A stretch of DNA of 64,000 nt. It comes from Octopus vulgaris. Its lineage: Eukaryota. How positions within the stretch are numbered: position 1 is the stretch's first letter; each line of letters starts with the position of its first letter. Shown here piece after piece: positions 1-27,479 of this stretch. The position numbers and the translations under genes were made by a program. The notes beneath the pieces were generated by a model. The model had not been told where the DNA came from and made no database searches. It saw nothing but the letters and a program-made list of their open reading frames with translations. The DNA lies in contig OX597832.1 in assembly GCA_951406725.2 (NCBI GenBank), forward strand, positions 35,216,001 through 35,280,000, given 5' to 3'.

Positions 1-3000
1 TCCAGGAAGTCAGAAAGATGACTACTTATAAATGCCAAAACCTTCCCAGGTGAAGAATGCACCCCACAACATAGATTAGTAGTTAATGACTTCAGGATCC
101 TGTGAATGGACAGAGATTTAGAGACATATTACTCGAAGCTTTTGACAACTGGAGCTTCCTATGGGACAACCTGTTGAGAGCTACTGACCAGCCACAGGGC
201 TACTGCATATGGTGCAAAGTTCTCTCTCAACCTAAGGTAACGTGGTGGCAAAACAATATAGTTGACAGGGCCATGAGGGAAAAGAAACAGGCTTGGAAGG
301 ACTGGAAGAGTGGACGTAGCAAGGAACTGTATCAGATCGCTAGAAGGGAAGCTAGGAGACAGGTTTACTTAACCAGAGGGGAAGCAGATAAGAAAAATTT
401 GCCAATGTTCTGTGTCATGAGGACTAAAGACTTGAAGTGTTTCGTATTGCAAGACAGTACGTGAGAAAGAATTGTGATGTCATAGGAGAGAAATGTGTCT
501 GCATGAATAATGGCTCACTTGCATTCAATGGGGCTGCAAAGAGAAAGACTTGGAGATACCTCTATGAAAGGTTGGTAAATGAAGAAAATGAATGGGAGAA
601 AGAGAGTCTGCCAAATGTCAACCCAACAGAGGGATGAGCTATCTGAATTGACAGTATCTTGTTAGATAAAGCAATTAAGGGTATGAAGACAGGGAAAGCC
701 CCCGGCCCATCATGAATTACTGCAGAGATGCTCAAAATATCTGGCAGTGTCAGCTATAGCCTAGTCACCTGTATAGTCAACCATGTGATACATGAAGGAG
801 TTATACCCAATGGCTGGTGTAGCAGCACCATAGTCAACTGTTACAAAGGTAAAGAATGATTATAGAGGCATCAGATTGCTGGATCAGGTGATGAAAATTA
901 AAGAAGGGGTCATAGCCCAACTAATTAGGAAGAGAGTTAGTTTAGGTGAGATACAGTTTGGGTTTGTGCCAAGGAGAAACACCACCAATGCTATATTTCT
1001 AGTAAGACAGCTGCAGGAGAAATTACTATCCAAAGATAAACCTCTGTACTTGGCTTTTGCTGACATGGAGAAAGCCTTTGACAAGGTTCCTCAATCCCTT
1101 ATCTGGTGGTCAATGAGGAAACTAGAGATAGATGAGTGGTTAGTGACTGCTGTACAAGCCATGTACAGGGATGCTGTCAGTAAGGTGAGGGTTGGCAACG
1201 AGTATAATGAAGAATTCCAGGTAGGAGTAGGGGTCCATCAAAGATCAGTCCTCAGCCCCCTCTTATTCATCATAGTCCTCCAGGCAATAACAGAGGAATT
1301 CAAGACAGACTGCCCCAGGAAGCTCCTCTATGCTGATGACCTTGCTCTAATAGCTGAGTCAATACCAGAACGAGAGAAGAAGTTTCAGGTGTGGAAGCAA
1401 GGTCTAGAATCGAAGGACCTTAGAGTTAACTTAGCAAAAACCAAAGTTCTTAGGAAGTAGGAAGGCAGACAAATCACAAATGCCTTCAGGTTGTTAGCCC
1501 TGCTCGAATTGTAGACAAGGTATAGGTAGAAACACCATAGGAGGTACCCAGTATAAGCTATCAACATTTAAGAAGTGCAGCAATATCAAAGGAAAGTTAA
1601 CTGGGAAGATAGTTTTTGTGTGTGGCAGATGCACAGGTGCAATAAACACCGAAAATGTGCAGAGAACAGCTTCCATCACATGACAGGGGATGAAACTACA
1701 AGTAGTTGATAGCTTCGATTACCTAGGTGACCAAGTCTGTAGCAGGGGTGGATGCTCTGAGAGCATAGCTGCTAGAATAAGAATAGCCTGGGCTAAGCTC
1801 AGAAAGCTCCTACCTCTGCTGGTAACAAAGGGCCTCTCAGAGTGAAAGGTAGACTATATGACACATGTGTGTGAACAGCCATGCTACACAGCAGTGAAAC
1901 ATGGGCTGTGACTGCTGAGGACATGCGTAGGCTTGAAAGCTAGTATGCTCTGCTGGATGTGTAATGTCAGTGTGCATACACGACCGATGTAAGCACTCTG
2001 AGAGAAAAGTTGAACATGAGAAGCATCAGATGTGGTGTGCAAGAGAGACAGCTGCCCTGGATGGTCATGTGTTGTGTATGGATGAGGACAGCTGTGTAAA
2101 GAAGTGTCACACTCTAACAGTGGAGGGAACCTGTGGAAGAGGTACACCCTGGATGGACTGAGACCTTTGGAGATATGCTGTGCTTGGGAAGACCCAGCAA
2201 GATCATAGCCGTGGCCTATACTAGAGTTGTATAACTGGCCCATTTAAGAGTACCCTTTAATCATCGGGCATTATGCTGTGCTTGAGAAGATTGGTTGAGT
2301 CAAGTGAAATCATTGTCATGGCCAATCCCAGTACCGCTTGACTAGCACCCACGCTGGTGGCATGTAAAAAGCACCATTCGAGCGTGGCTGATGCCAGTAC
2401 TACTGGACTGGCTCCATGCCAATGGCACATAATAAGCACCTTTTGGGCATGGTTGATGCCAGTGCCACCTGACTGGCTCCCATGCCGGTGGCATATGAAA
2501 GGTGCCTTTCAGTCATGGTTGATGCCAGTGCCACCTGACTGGCTCCCATGCCGGTGGCATATGAAAGGTGCCTTTCAGTCATGGTTGATGCCAGTGCCAC
2601 CTGACTGGCTCCCATGCCGGTGGCATATGAAAGGTGCCTTTCAGTCATGGTTGATGCCAGTGCCACCTGACTGGCTCCCATGCCGGTGGCATATGAAAGG
2701 TGCCTTTCAGTCATGGTTGATGCCAGTGCCACCTGACTGGCTCCCATGCCGGTGGCATATGAAAGGTGCCTTTCAGTCATGGTTGATGCCAGTGCCACCT
2801 GACTGGCTCCCATGCCGGTGGCATATGAAAGGTGCCTTTCAGTCATGGTTGATGCCAGTGCCACCTGACTGGCTCCCATGCCGGTGGCATATGAAAGGTG
2901 CCTTTCAGTCATGGTTGATGCCAGTGCCACCTGACTGGCTCCCATGCCGGTGGCATATGAAAGGTGCCTTTCAGTCATGGTTGATGCCAGTGCCACCTGA

Positions 3001-3522
3001 CTGGCTCCCATGCCGGTGGCATATGAAAGGTGCCTTTCAGTCATGGTCGATGCCAGTGCCACCTGACTGGCTCCCATGCCGGTGGCATATGAAAGGTGCC
3101 TTTCAGTCATGGTTGATGCCAGTGCCGCCTGACTGGCTCCCATGCCGGTGGCATATGAAAGGTGCCTTTCAGTCATGGTCGATGCCAGTGCCACCTGACT
3201 GGCTCCCATGCCGGTGGCATATGAAAGGTGCCTTTCAGTCATGGTTGATGCCAATGCCGCCTGACTGGCTCCCATGCCGGTGGCATATGAAAGGTGCCTT
3301 TCAGTCATGGTCGATGCCAGTGCCGCCTGACTGATCCCTGTGCCAGTGGCACATTAAAATCAGCGCTACACTCTCGGAGTGGTTGGCATTAGGAAGGGCA
3401 TCCAGCTGTTGAAACCTTGCCAGATCAAATTGGAGCTTGGAGCAGCTTCCTGGCTTGCCAGTCCTCAGTCAAACCATCCAACCCATGCCAGCATGGAGGA
3501 CAGACATTGAATAATGATGATG
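1..3522 (+). mobile_element. Decayed RTE-clade LINE (endonuclease end, RT, 3' UTR, (GAT)n tail)
   Basis: QFGFVPRR, FADMEKAFDKVP, GVHQRSVLSPLLF and LLYADDLAL motifs broken by stops and frameshifts; ends in aatgatgatg. Confidence 0.93.
2448..3333 (+). repeat. 66-bp minisatellite, about 13.5 near-identical copies, inside the RTE 3' UTR
   Basis: Unit ggttgatgccagtgccacctgactggctcccatgccggtggcatatgaaaggtgcctttcagtcat; 22-aa periodicity in the ORF track. Confidence 0.97.
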
Positions 3523-3769
3523 AAAAAATGGCTATTAGAAAAGCAATGAAATGTAATAAAAAGTTCTGAACACGATTTAGTGATGATGGAATGGTTCCAA
3601 CAATGTTGGAATGAGGTAGCTTGACAGCAATTATTCTTCAAAGAACTTAAATTAGAACATGGGTGTTGGCTTTGAAAATTCAAGAAGGAATTCATTGAAG
3701 GAAACTAGATAGAACATTGATTGGCTACAAAGGGCCATGGAAAGATTCATGCTAGGAATATTATTTTGA

Positions 3770-3966
3770 GAGCAAATCCCAAATGAGATAATCTGAGAAG
3801 AGAGCAAATCCAAAATGAGATAATCTGAGAAGAGAGCAAATCCAAAATGAGATAATCTGAGAAGAGAGCAAATCCAAAATGAGATAATCTGAGAAGAGAG
3901 CAAATCCAAAATGAGATAATCTGAGAAGAGAGCAAATCCAAAATGAGATAATCTGAGAAGAGAGCA
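3770..3966 (+). repeat. 32-bp tandem repeat, about 6 copies, within a decayed LINE RT C-terminal fragment (about 3540-4125)
   Basis: Unit gagcaaatccaaaatgagataatctgagaaga; downstream sequence reads RWTCAVAEWYPR...KRPLG. Confidence 0.9.
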
Positions 3967-4524
3967 GAGTGAATGTGATGAGAGAATACGAAAAGCCCAA
4001 GTCCAAACATGTTGCAAAATTCACAAACAGGTGGACCTGTGCAGTTGCTGAGTGGTACCCAAGGCTGATTAGTATGAAAAGGCCACTTGGATGGCCTCCA
4101 TGATAATGGGAAGGTGATCTAGGTAAGAAAAACATATTTAAGTATATTGACAAAAAGTTTTCATTATTGATAATTTGATATCCATAAGTAAATAATAGTG
4201 AACAAATGAATTAAGATATTCACACACAATTCAAATTCAAAACCTAGAGTAAGCCAAAAGGATATAATTCTATTCCAAATATTTCTGTCATCTGAATACA
4301 GCTAGGATTAACATGTTTTACCTTCACTTGCAGTGCTGATCTCAAATTCTACACAGACATTACAAAATCATTCTAAGATGAAATGTTCACTGGGAAATTA
4401 ACAGCACAGTGAATGTGTTATTACTTTGCATAGTTTACGTTTTAATAAAGAATAACAAATCATTAACAAATATTTACATATATATATACATGTGTGTGTG
4501 TATATATATATATATATACATTAC

Positions 4525-17826
<13,302 letters not shown>

Positions 17827-18959
17827 ATTGTTTCCCTCTTGCTTGAGTAGCGTTTTCAATGAATCGTGACTTCCATCTAATTCATTAACAAAGTTAAGGT
17901 AACGAGCGAAAAGTACGCCTAGTGGACAGGCATCACTAGTTGTACTAAGAGTCGTTACTAATTGTATTTCTACCTCCTTATTTTCAAAACGAACTTACCA
18001 AATGAATGAATGGACAAGGCATATATTTCACCTAGTTTTGGCTAAGATAATGCTATTGATACAAATTATAATTATTGATACGATCTAACTAAATAAATTT
18101 GAAATCTCACTTAAAAGTGGTAGCTACAAGTACATCCGGTGGCCTAATTCGAAACAAAAGCGGTAGCGATGGGGTGGGGAAAGAAAGAAAGGAAAAGGAG
18201 AGAGAAGAAACAAGGTGACCACCGTCAAATGACTTACAGGTGTGCAACAGTTTTACTGTTTCGAAGGTGACATAAAGCAATTTGTAGACGTTGATTTAAA
18301 ACGTCCCATTAGTTTTTGTGCAACATGTCAACTTTAATGGCTAAGCGCCGTAAGTCAGAAATAAGAAATTACGCATTTTAGTTAAATTACCGATGGTATT
18401 AATTAGAAATAAATACCATCTATAAAATATTTAAAATGAATGTTAATTTCTTACAAATACTATACATCACTGCGACTAAACGCTACCCACAATAAAGTAT
18501 ACAGTACAACTGATAAAAAAAAAACAAAGAAAAAGAATTAAATATATCTATCACTTGTTTCAGTCATTAGACTGCGGCCATTTTTTAAACTTTTTTTTTC
18601 CAGAATTGCAGTTGTCCATCAATTGGCTGACTGGACAATAAGACGACAGGCAGAAGTATTGATCATGGAGTATCTGTAAGTTGTCTGTCAGCCAACTGTC
18701 TGTTGAAGAATTGTCCATCAAGCCTTGTACAGGGATGTTGTAGGTAAGGTGAGGGCTGGTAATGAGTATAGCGATAAATTCAGGGTACAAGTAAGGGTTT
18801 GTCAAGGATCAGTCCTCAGCTCCCTCTTGTTCATCATAGTCCTTTCACTATTTTCAAGCTAACAAGTTTTGACACTATGATGACAGAAATGTCTTTTATA
18901 CAATTAGAAGTAAATAAACAACACATTTTGGTGATCCTTGACATCATACATATCTCATA

Positions 18960-19350
18960 CTAGCAGTATTGCCCAGCGTTGCTCGGGTTTGTTTCGACCT
19001 GCTGGAATTGGAATTTTTGAAAAGTAAAAAGTTTACATTATGTAGCTTGTTATTCTCTTCAAGTGAACATTTTTCTGGTTGAAAGACACCGAAAAGTGGC
19101 GACACAGCAGTGAAAAAATCGTAAAAAATAGGGATTTTCATAGAAAAAAGCACCTTTTTGATGTAAATAATTTTTGGTATTAACATGGTCCGATTTGAAT
19201 TTTATCTTCTACAGAAGGAAGAACAACCCTTCTTCTATCATACTCTCAATTTTGGTCAACTTGCGCCGCAGGGTCTCGGAGGAGATAGTCTTAGTTGAAG
19301 GCTACCAAACCTGCCGCACACAGACAACTTCAGCTTTATATAGAGAGAGA
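18960..19350 (-). mobile_element. Complete non-autonomous Helitron (about 390 bp)
   Basis: Minus strand: A|TCTCTCTCTATATAAAG at the 5' end, subterminal hairpin cccgagcaacgctggg, CTAG|T at the 3' end; AT target site. Confidence 0.8.
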
Positions 19351-20025
19351 TAACACATACATACACACACACACACATGTATGTATATATGTACATCTGT
19401 CCACTTCTTGCCATATTTTTATCCTTCACTTTCTACACACACACAGACACACACGCACACTCACACACACACCTTCTTAGCTTACAATTTCTTTCTTTCA
19501 ACAATTGACAACTGAAGTACGCTTGCAAATTAATACTACAAAAACTTAGCAACAGAAAGTAAATTAAAAACCAATTTACCTTTTCTGTTGAGTTACCATG
19601 GCAATTCGACTGTCTGATTTCGTTAAGTCCGTCTCTTTTCTTCAACTGAACTTAGTTCCTATCGTTTCTTAATGTCCTTTGTGAAATGTAAGAGTGTTTT
19701 TTTTTTTTTGTTATTTCTCGAGAAAGTTTTGTTTCCTCAACACTAAAAACTAACGGGAAGTAGACAACAGTCCCAGAACAATTGGTGAAATAGTGTAACT
19801 CATAATGTCAGCGGCTAGCATCTACTCACCATATGTCAGTGAATTGTTGGTGTATGTTTGCAAATGTGTTCGAATGAGAAAGTGAATTGTGTTTGGCGCC
19901 TTTTTTACTAATAACAAACACACACGTGTGTGTTTGTATGTAGTTGTTTGAAACGTTTGTGTTTGTCACTGTCATATATGTATATGTTTGCATGTCTATG
20001 TGTGTAAAGAGAAAGTAGGAGAAAG

Positions 20026-20465
20026 TGTGGTAATAGAAGGAGTAAAGCATTTGAAGTGAGAGAGGGAAATCGTAAAATATTGAGTTTTCTCGAATTTTTG
20101 CTTAATTGGGGGGTCAAATTGAAAGAAATTTATATGCCATGACCCAATGGAATGTACTTCGAAAAATCATAGGTAAATTCCAATTGAAGAAATTGTGTAA
20201 GGAGTAAATCATTATGTATTTATTTGTTTCTGTTTCCTCTGTATTTTTTTTGAGTAGTGGTTTAAGGTACACTTGCAAAGAGAAAGTAGGAGAAAGTCTG
20301 GTAATAGAAGGAGTGAAGCACTTGAAATGAGAGAGGCAAATCGTAAAATATTTAGTTTTCTCGAATTTTTGCTTAATTGGGGGTCAAATTGAAAAAAGTT
20401 ATATGCCATGACCCAATTGAATATACTTCGAAAAATCATAGGTAAATTCCAATTAAAGAAATTCT
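20026..20465. repeat. Direct duplication of about 185 bp (20026-20200 / 20277-20462) within a Helitron-like element ending near 20534
   Basis: aaagagaaagtaggagaaag...aaattccaatt occurs twice. Confidence 0.85.
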
Positions 20466-20559
20466 ATATTGTACAATTGTATTAAAAAGAAACATAGTCA
20501 CAGGCAGAGAAAATCTGCCTTTTATCATAAAAGATTTGTGGAATTTGTTTGCATATATG

Positions 20560-22145
20560 CCCATGCTGGGCTTGATTTAGTATAACTATCATTGCATACT
20601 AGGTGAGATATGCTTTGTTGAACCTTTATTTCTTATGAAAACTGGTATTTTGAATTCTCTCTTAATGTTTTGTGAGGTCAGATGGTCAAGGTCACTTTTT
20701 GTTAAGCATGGTTAAGGAATTATAGTGTGCTGAGTGTTTTTACATGGCAGTGCATGGATGCTTTCACCACCACTAGTGCTTTTCCCCACTAGAGGGACCG
20801 GTCTTAACACTTCTGCTGTGGAGTATGGGTCTTCTTCAGAACAGCAAGGTACCAGGCATCTTGTTCCTTTGTTTTCTCACCTGAAAGGTTCAGCATCCTG
20901 AGGTCATTCTTCAGTACTTCATCCTATGTCTTCCACTTCCACAAGTCCCATCTACTTTGAGAGATCGGCACTTCTTTGTGGAGCTATCGGCATCACACCA
21001 GCAAACCAGCACAGTCTTCTCTCTTGCTTCACAGCATCTAATTCCTCTTATGCCTAACCTCTCTCAATACACTAACACTCTGTTGAACATGTGCACTAAC
21101 ATTACACATCCAGTGGAGAACACAAGCCTCATTCCTTTCTAACCTTTGCATGTTCCTCTGCATTCAGAGCCCACATCACACTACCATGTAGAATTGCTGT
21201 CCATATACATGCATCATACAATCTTCCTTTCATTTGGAGAAACCTTTCATGGCCAACAGAGGTAACAGCTCTCTGAATTTTCCCCATCCTATTTAGTTAT
21301 CACACTATCCACTAATAACTTGGCCCCCTAGGTAGCAGAAATTATCTGAAATGAGCTACCAGGGCATTTCAGAGAACCAATTTCCTGAGTCTCTAAAGTT
21401 TTTATGGAGCCTGTGCATCTTCCACGTACAAAGACTATCTTCTCTGGTAACCTTCCTATTATTCCACTGCACCTCTTCTATGTCCATAGTTTACACTGAG
21501 TACATCGTATGGAGTTCCTGCTTACACCTTTTCTACAAATTGAACAGGGCCACCTACCTGAGGAGGGTTGGGTCCTGTCAGCTTTCTGGTTGACTAGGAC
21601 CTTAGTTTGTGCTAAGTTAACCTTAAGGCCTTTAGATTCCAGGTTTTGCTTCCACACCTGGAATTTCTTGTCTATCTCTGATATGGAATCCTCTATGAGG
21701 GCAAGATTGGTATATAGTAGTTCCCAGGGGCTGCTAGTCTTGATTTCCTCTGTTATGGCCTGGAGGACAATGGTGAAAAGGAGGGGACTAAGGATTGAGC
21801 CTTAATGAACCCCTACCTGTACACCAAATTCTTTGCTGTACTTGTGGTTAACTCTCACCTTACTAACAGTGTCTTCATACATGGCCTATACAGCTTTCAC
21901 CAGCCACTCATCTATCCCTAGCCTCTTCAGAGCTCGCCATATCACACAGTGGGGCACTCTATCAAAGGTTTTCTCTAGATCAATGAATGCCAAGTATAAT
22001 GGTTTATTCTTAGCTAAGTACTTCTCTTGCAGTTGCCTGACTATGAAAATAGTGTCAGTATTGCTTCTTCCCTGGCTGAAGCCAAACTGCATTTTGTCTA
22101 AATAATTGGGCTATAACTCTCTCCATAAATTTCATCACCTGGTGC
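20560..22145 (-). mobile_element. Older decayed RTE LINE
   Basis: QFGFSQGRS...RQLQEKYL...FIDLEKTFDRVP. Confidence 0.88.
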
Positions 22146-23407
22146 CTTTATAACCGTTGAAAATTCTAAAAATGCTTTTCCCAGGTGACAACTGATATGA
22201 AGATATATTTGTATTTCAAAAACTTATGTTACTTACTTTGGCATGAAAATGGGTGATCAAGACAGTCTGGGCACCCCATATAATGTGTAAAACATGTATT
22301 AAAAACACTGAGACAGTAACTGTTTCAAATACTTAAGCAGCAAGTTTCTAGCTTTGTCTTGTGAGGAAATTAAGGTTGGTGTGTTTGATGGTTACTGCAA
22401 AACTAGCAGTTTTTGGAGACTATTTTGTCTAACATTGAAAAAGAAGCATGGAATGTTTTTGCTGCAGTTGTGTTTGATTTCCTGGGAAACAGGAAGTCAT
22501 CAAATAGTGAAGAACTTGTGCAGACCCTGTTAACCAACTTTTGAGCACTGGGCTGCAACATGTATAAAAGTACTTTTCCTGCATAGTCATCTGAACACAA
22601 ACATAACAGATGACTACTCTGCAAAGACACTGTTGTGATGCAAGTTATTCATGCAAAGCTGCAAAGAGAAAGTTCACTCCTGGAGTAGCTGAAACTCTAG
22701 TTTAACCGAGACATCTATCCTAAGATGATTAAACATTTGTGTAATACATTTGTTAAACAATAAAAAGTACTATTTGGTTTGTGTTAGTTTGTTATTTCAG
22801 TTTTGCATTTAATGGGAAAATTGACATTTTTTGGTAAAAAAGGAACTCCTGTTCAACAAAAAACTTGATGTGAGGACATTTCTGAACCCAGTACCATCAA
22901 ATTAAGTAGGACTAATTGTAAAAAGCAAGATGATTAAAAGGTTTTTCAAAAGTGTTCCTCTGTGTTACCAGTAAAATAATAAAAGCAGCTGACCAGTCCT
23001 ATTACTTACTGACAAACACAATTGTGCTTTTTCAGAGAGTAAGCTGCAGGAAAAAACGAAAAAAAAACCCCACTTGACATGGTAGAAGAAAACTGACTGT
23101 AGTTTTGAAATTAGCCAATTTTAGCCTAAATCAAGTGAAAAAATGAACTCAACAGAAAGAATGTTCAAAATTGTTCCCCTGTGTAATAAGGCTCAGAGAA
23201 GACCTTGCAGTTAGCATTATCTTCATCCCCTCCTCGGCAATAGTCTTCAAACACAGCACAAATTCATTATGTTCTACCATTCTAACTAGAGAAAGACAGT
23301 GGAGAAGTTTCCAGAACAGATTGAGTCGAGTTAATAATATACAAATTTAACAGCTACATTAGTTCTGTTCTCTCTGTATTTCAAATACATTTGACGGATT
23401 CTATTGC

Positions 23408-26210
23408 TCATCGTCATCATCATCATCGTTTAACATCCACTTTCCATGCTGCATCAGTCTCCAATCTGATCTGGCAGAGTTTCTACAGCTGGATGCCCTT
23501 CCTAATGCCAACCACTCCGAGAGTGTAGTGGGTGCTTTTACATGCCACCAGCACGAGGGCCAGTCAGGTGGTACTGGCATCGGCCATGCTCAGATGGTGC
23601 TTTTTACATGCCACCTGCACAGGAGCTAGTCAGGTAGCACTGGCAATGACCACGCTCAAATTGTGCCTTTTACGTGCCACCTGCACAAGAGCAAGTTCAG
23701 CAGCACTAGCAACAACCACACTCGAATGGTGCTTTATTTATGTGCCACTGGCATGGGAGCCAGTCAGCTGCCCTGGCAACAATAACGCTTGGATGGTGCT
23801 TTTAACATTTCATTGGCATGAGTGCCAATCAGGCGGAACTGTCATTGGCCACGACAGCGATTTCACTTGCCTCACCAGGTCTTTGTAAGCATAGTTTATT
23901 GTCCAATGATTGAAGAGTACTCTTAAATGGACTGGTTATAGAGAACTGGCATAGGCCACGGTTATGGCCTCACTTAGCTTGCTGGGTTTTCTCAAGCGCA
24001 GCATATCTCCAAAGGTCTGTCACTTGTCATTGCCTCATTGAGGCCCAATGTTTGTAGGTTGTGCTTCACCACCTCATCCCAGGTCTTCTTGGGTCTACCT
24101 CTTCCGCAGGTTCCCTCAACTGTTAGAGTGTGACACTTTTTCACACAGCTGTCCTCATCCATTCGCAACACATGACCATACCAGCGCAGTTGTCTCTCTT
24201 GCACACCAAATCTGATGCTTCTTAAGTCCAACTTTTCTCTCAGCGGAGCACACTGGCTTCATTTCTTGCAAGCTTATGCATGCCCTCAGCAGTCACGGCC
24301 CATGTTTCACTACCATGTAGCACAGCTGTTCGCACACATGCATCATACAGTCTACCTTTTACTCTGAGTGAGAGGCCCTTTGTCACCAGTAGAGGTAAAA
24401 GTTATTCTTACTCAAGTAGCTACACTTTCAGAGCATCCACCCCAACTACTGACTTGGTCACCTAGGTAACAGAAGCTGTCAACTGAATGTGGTGGAAGCT
24501 GTTCTCTGCACATTTTCAGTATTTATTGCTCCTGAGCATTTGCCACACACAAAAACTATCTTCCCAGTTAGCCTTCCTTTGATATTGCTATGTGTCCATA
24601 TCTTAGACTGGGTACATCTTATAGAGTTTCTACCTACGCCTTTTCTACAGATCAAGTATGGCCTTCTACCTGAAGGGATTTGTAGTTTGCCTGCCTTCCT
24701 ACTTGTTAAGACTTTGGTTTTTGCTATGTTGACTCTACGGCCCTTCAATTCTAATCCTTGCTTCCACACCTGAAACTTCTATAGTTCTGGTAGTGACTCA
24801 GCAATTAGAGCAAGGTCATCAGCAGAGAGGAGCTCCCAGGGGCATCCTCTCTTGAATTCCTCCATTTTGCCTAGAAGACTATGATGAACAAGAAGAGACT
24901 GAAGACTGATCCTTGGTGGACCCCTACCCGGAATTCTTCACTGTACTCGTCGGCAACCCTTACCTTACTGACAGCGTCCCTGTACATGGCTTGTACAGCT
25001 CTTACTAACCATTCATCTATCCCTAGTTTCCTCATTGACCACCAGATAAGGAAACAGGGGTACCTGTCAAAGGCTTTCTCCATGTCAACGAAAACCAAGT
25101 ACAGAGGTTTATCTTTTGCTAGGTATTTCTCCTGCAGCTGTCTCAACCAGAAATATAGCATCAATGGAGCTTTTCCCTGGCACAAACTCAAACTGCATCT
25201 CATCCAAACTGACCCCCTCCCTAATTAGTTGGGCTATAACCCTCTCTGTTACTTTCATTACCTGATCCAACAACTTGATACCTCTGTAATTATTTGTATC
25301 TAATGCATCATCTATACCTTTGTGGCAGTTGACTATGGTGCTGCTACACCAGTCATTGGGTATGACTCCTTCATGTATCACCTGGTTGACTATACGAGTG
25401 ACTAGACTATAGCTGACACCGCCTGATATTTTAAACATCTCTGATACAATTCCCTGCTACCTCCATTCTTCCAGTCCTTCTATACTTGTTTCTTTTCTCT
25501 AATAGTCCTGTCAACAACATTGTTCCACCATCACATTACCTTAGGTTGAGAGGGGACTTTGCACCATCTATAGATCTGGTCAGTGGCCCTCAACAGGTTG
25601 TCCCATAGAAACCTGCAGTTGTCTTCTACATCATGTGATGCTATATCCCCCTCTATTTCATCAAAAGCTTCGAGTAATATGTCTCTAAATCTCTGTCCAT
25701 TTGCAGGATCCTTAAGCTTCAAAGCACTTCTCCTCCATGTTGGTCATCTTCTGGGCATCCATTTACCCCTGATCCTGAAGTCACTAACTACTAATCTATG
25801 CTATGAGATACATTCTTCACCTGGGAAGGTTTGGGCATTTATAAGTAGCCATCTTTCCTGTTTCCTGGTGAAGATGTAGTCAATTTGACTAGTATCTACC
25901 AGATTGGTAGGTGACTGGCAGGTTTCTTGAAGTTAGTGTTTCAAACCATAAGATCATTTTCATCACAGAACTCCAGCAGCCTGGTTCCCTCCTCATTATG
26001 GGAACCAAAACCATAGCCTCCATGTATGCCATGGAAGCACCCCTGCATGTTGTCTCAACATGCCCATTGAAGTCACTAGCCACAAAGAGAAGGTTCCTGT
26101 CATTCATCGATAAGGTAGTCTGCAAGAGGGTGTCATAAAATTGGTCTTTCTGTCCATCGGGTAGCCCCGGCTGGAGGGGGGGCATAGGCTGAGATAATGG
26201 TTATCACTAT
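23408..26210 (-). mobile_element. Decayed RTE LINE (APE endonuclease to 3' tail)
   Basis: SDFNGHV, NYRGIKLL, DMEKAFDR and GRGRPKKTW motifs; (CAT)n tail near 23410. Confidence 0.93.
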
Positions 26211-27479
26211 GCATGTATATATATTTTTCTGATCTGGTTGTAACTCCACCCTTTGCAGCACTTTGAATGGGGAAACTGTTAAGAACCTCTACTTGAATAT
26301 CGTCTAGAAGTACTAATTTGCACATCCTGAACAGAATGTTCCTCAAGCTAACATAAGAAAACTTATGAATGACTGTAAGTAGTTAGAAATTGCTCAGAAA
26401 CTGTTTGCTTTCTCTGTCTGAAGTCATATTTAGGCATCCAACTCAAATTTAGGATTGAAAAAAAAGCATCTCTTAATAACTTGGTGTCTATGGTTTTCCA
26501 AAAAGATATTTGAGTTTCATTTCCGACATATCTTCTGGAAGGTTTCTGGATTCTTGAGTTTGTAAATTTTGTCCTTAAAAAATTGCTCTACCTACATTTT
26601 TCCATCTTTTTTTATTCATGTCCCTTGAAATATATGTAAATGTTGTTAAATATCTTCAAGTGATTAAAATTTTATGCTATTAAGAATTGAGTGACCAACA
26701 TACTGAAACACTTTGGACTTCCTATTTTTATAATCAGTTGAACCATCATCATTATCATCATGATTTATGTCTGTCTTCCATGCTGGCATTGGTTGTCATC
26801 TGCAGAGGAATATGAACTCAGAAAATGGAGAGAGAAAACTAGTTATTAAAATGTGTAATGGTATTTTAGGTGTAGTCAGTGGTCACCATTTGTAACAGTA
26901 AATGTAATGATATATGTTGCAGATTGGCAGTTACCAATTGTATTGGGTGTTGATGTTGCAGATGTGTAAGGTGAAAGAAGAACATGGGTTGGCATTAATA
27001 TAATTTGTAAAGCATGTGAGGTAAAGAGAGATATCGCAGATTTTCCTTGTATAGTTTGTTTCTTGTCACTGTGTAGTAGTAAACCACAGACAGAGACAGG
27101 GTAACGTTGTAGAGAAAAGAAAGTGAGCGAGTGAGAGTGATGGGCTGAAATAAGTGCTTCGTTGGTGAGTTACCATAATTGTGCCTCTTTCCCTTTTCAT
27201 TCTGTTGATGGTTTTTTTCGTACAGCTGGTCAACCTACTTGGTTCTCACTAACTGAGAAAAGTGCTGTTGAAATATCATGGGAAATTTGCCAATTCAGGT
27301 TTGAATCTCCTCTATGCCTAATTGAGGTCACAACATGCATTTAACCTGGCTTTCTGCACTCTCAGTCAACTCTTATTATTTTCATATCCCTAACTTAACC
27401 AAACAATCTGAGTAATTTTATGCATCTTATTGGACAGCATATTTATAAGTAGAAAGACAAATGATTTTGACAACATACA

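Noticed and set aside
876-1460. 194-aa reverse transcriptase ORF as a retron or standalone RT system
   Set aside because: It is a fragment of a stop- and frameshift-ridden RTE LINE with many paralogs in the window.
2357-3334. 325-aa and 302-aa repeat ORFs, or a CRISPR-like array
   Set aside because: It is a pure 66-bp tandem repeat without unique spacers, derived from the LINE 3' UTR. There are no cas genes and the context is eukaryotic.
3652-4153. ORFs in all three minus-strand frames
   Set aside because: They are an artefact of the 32-bp tandem repeat.
4322-4390. AG/GT-bounded segment as the next ATP1B-like exon
   Set aside because: Both candidate acceptors give in-frame stops in phase 0. 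The remaining exons probably lie left of the window.
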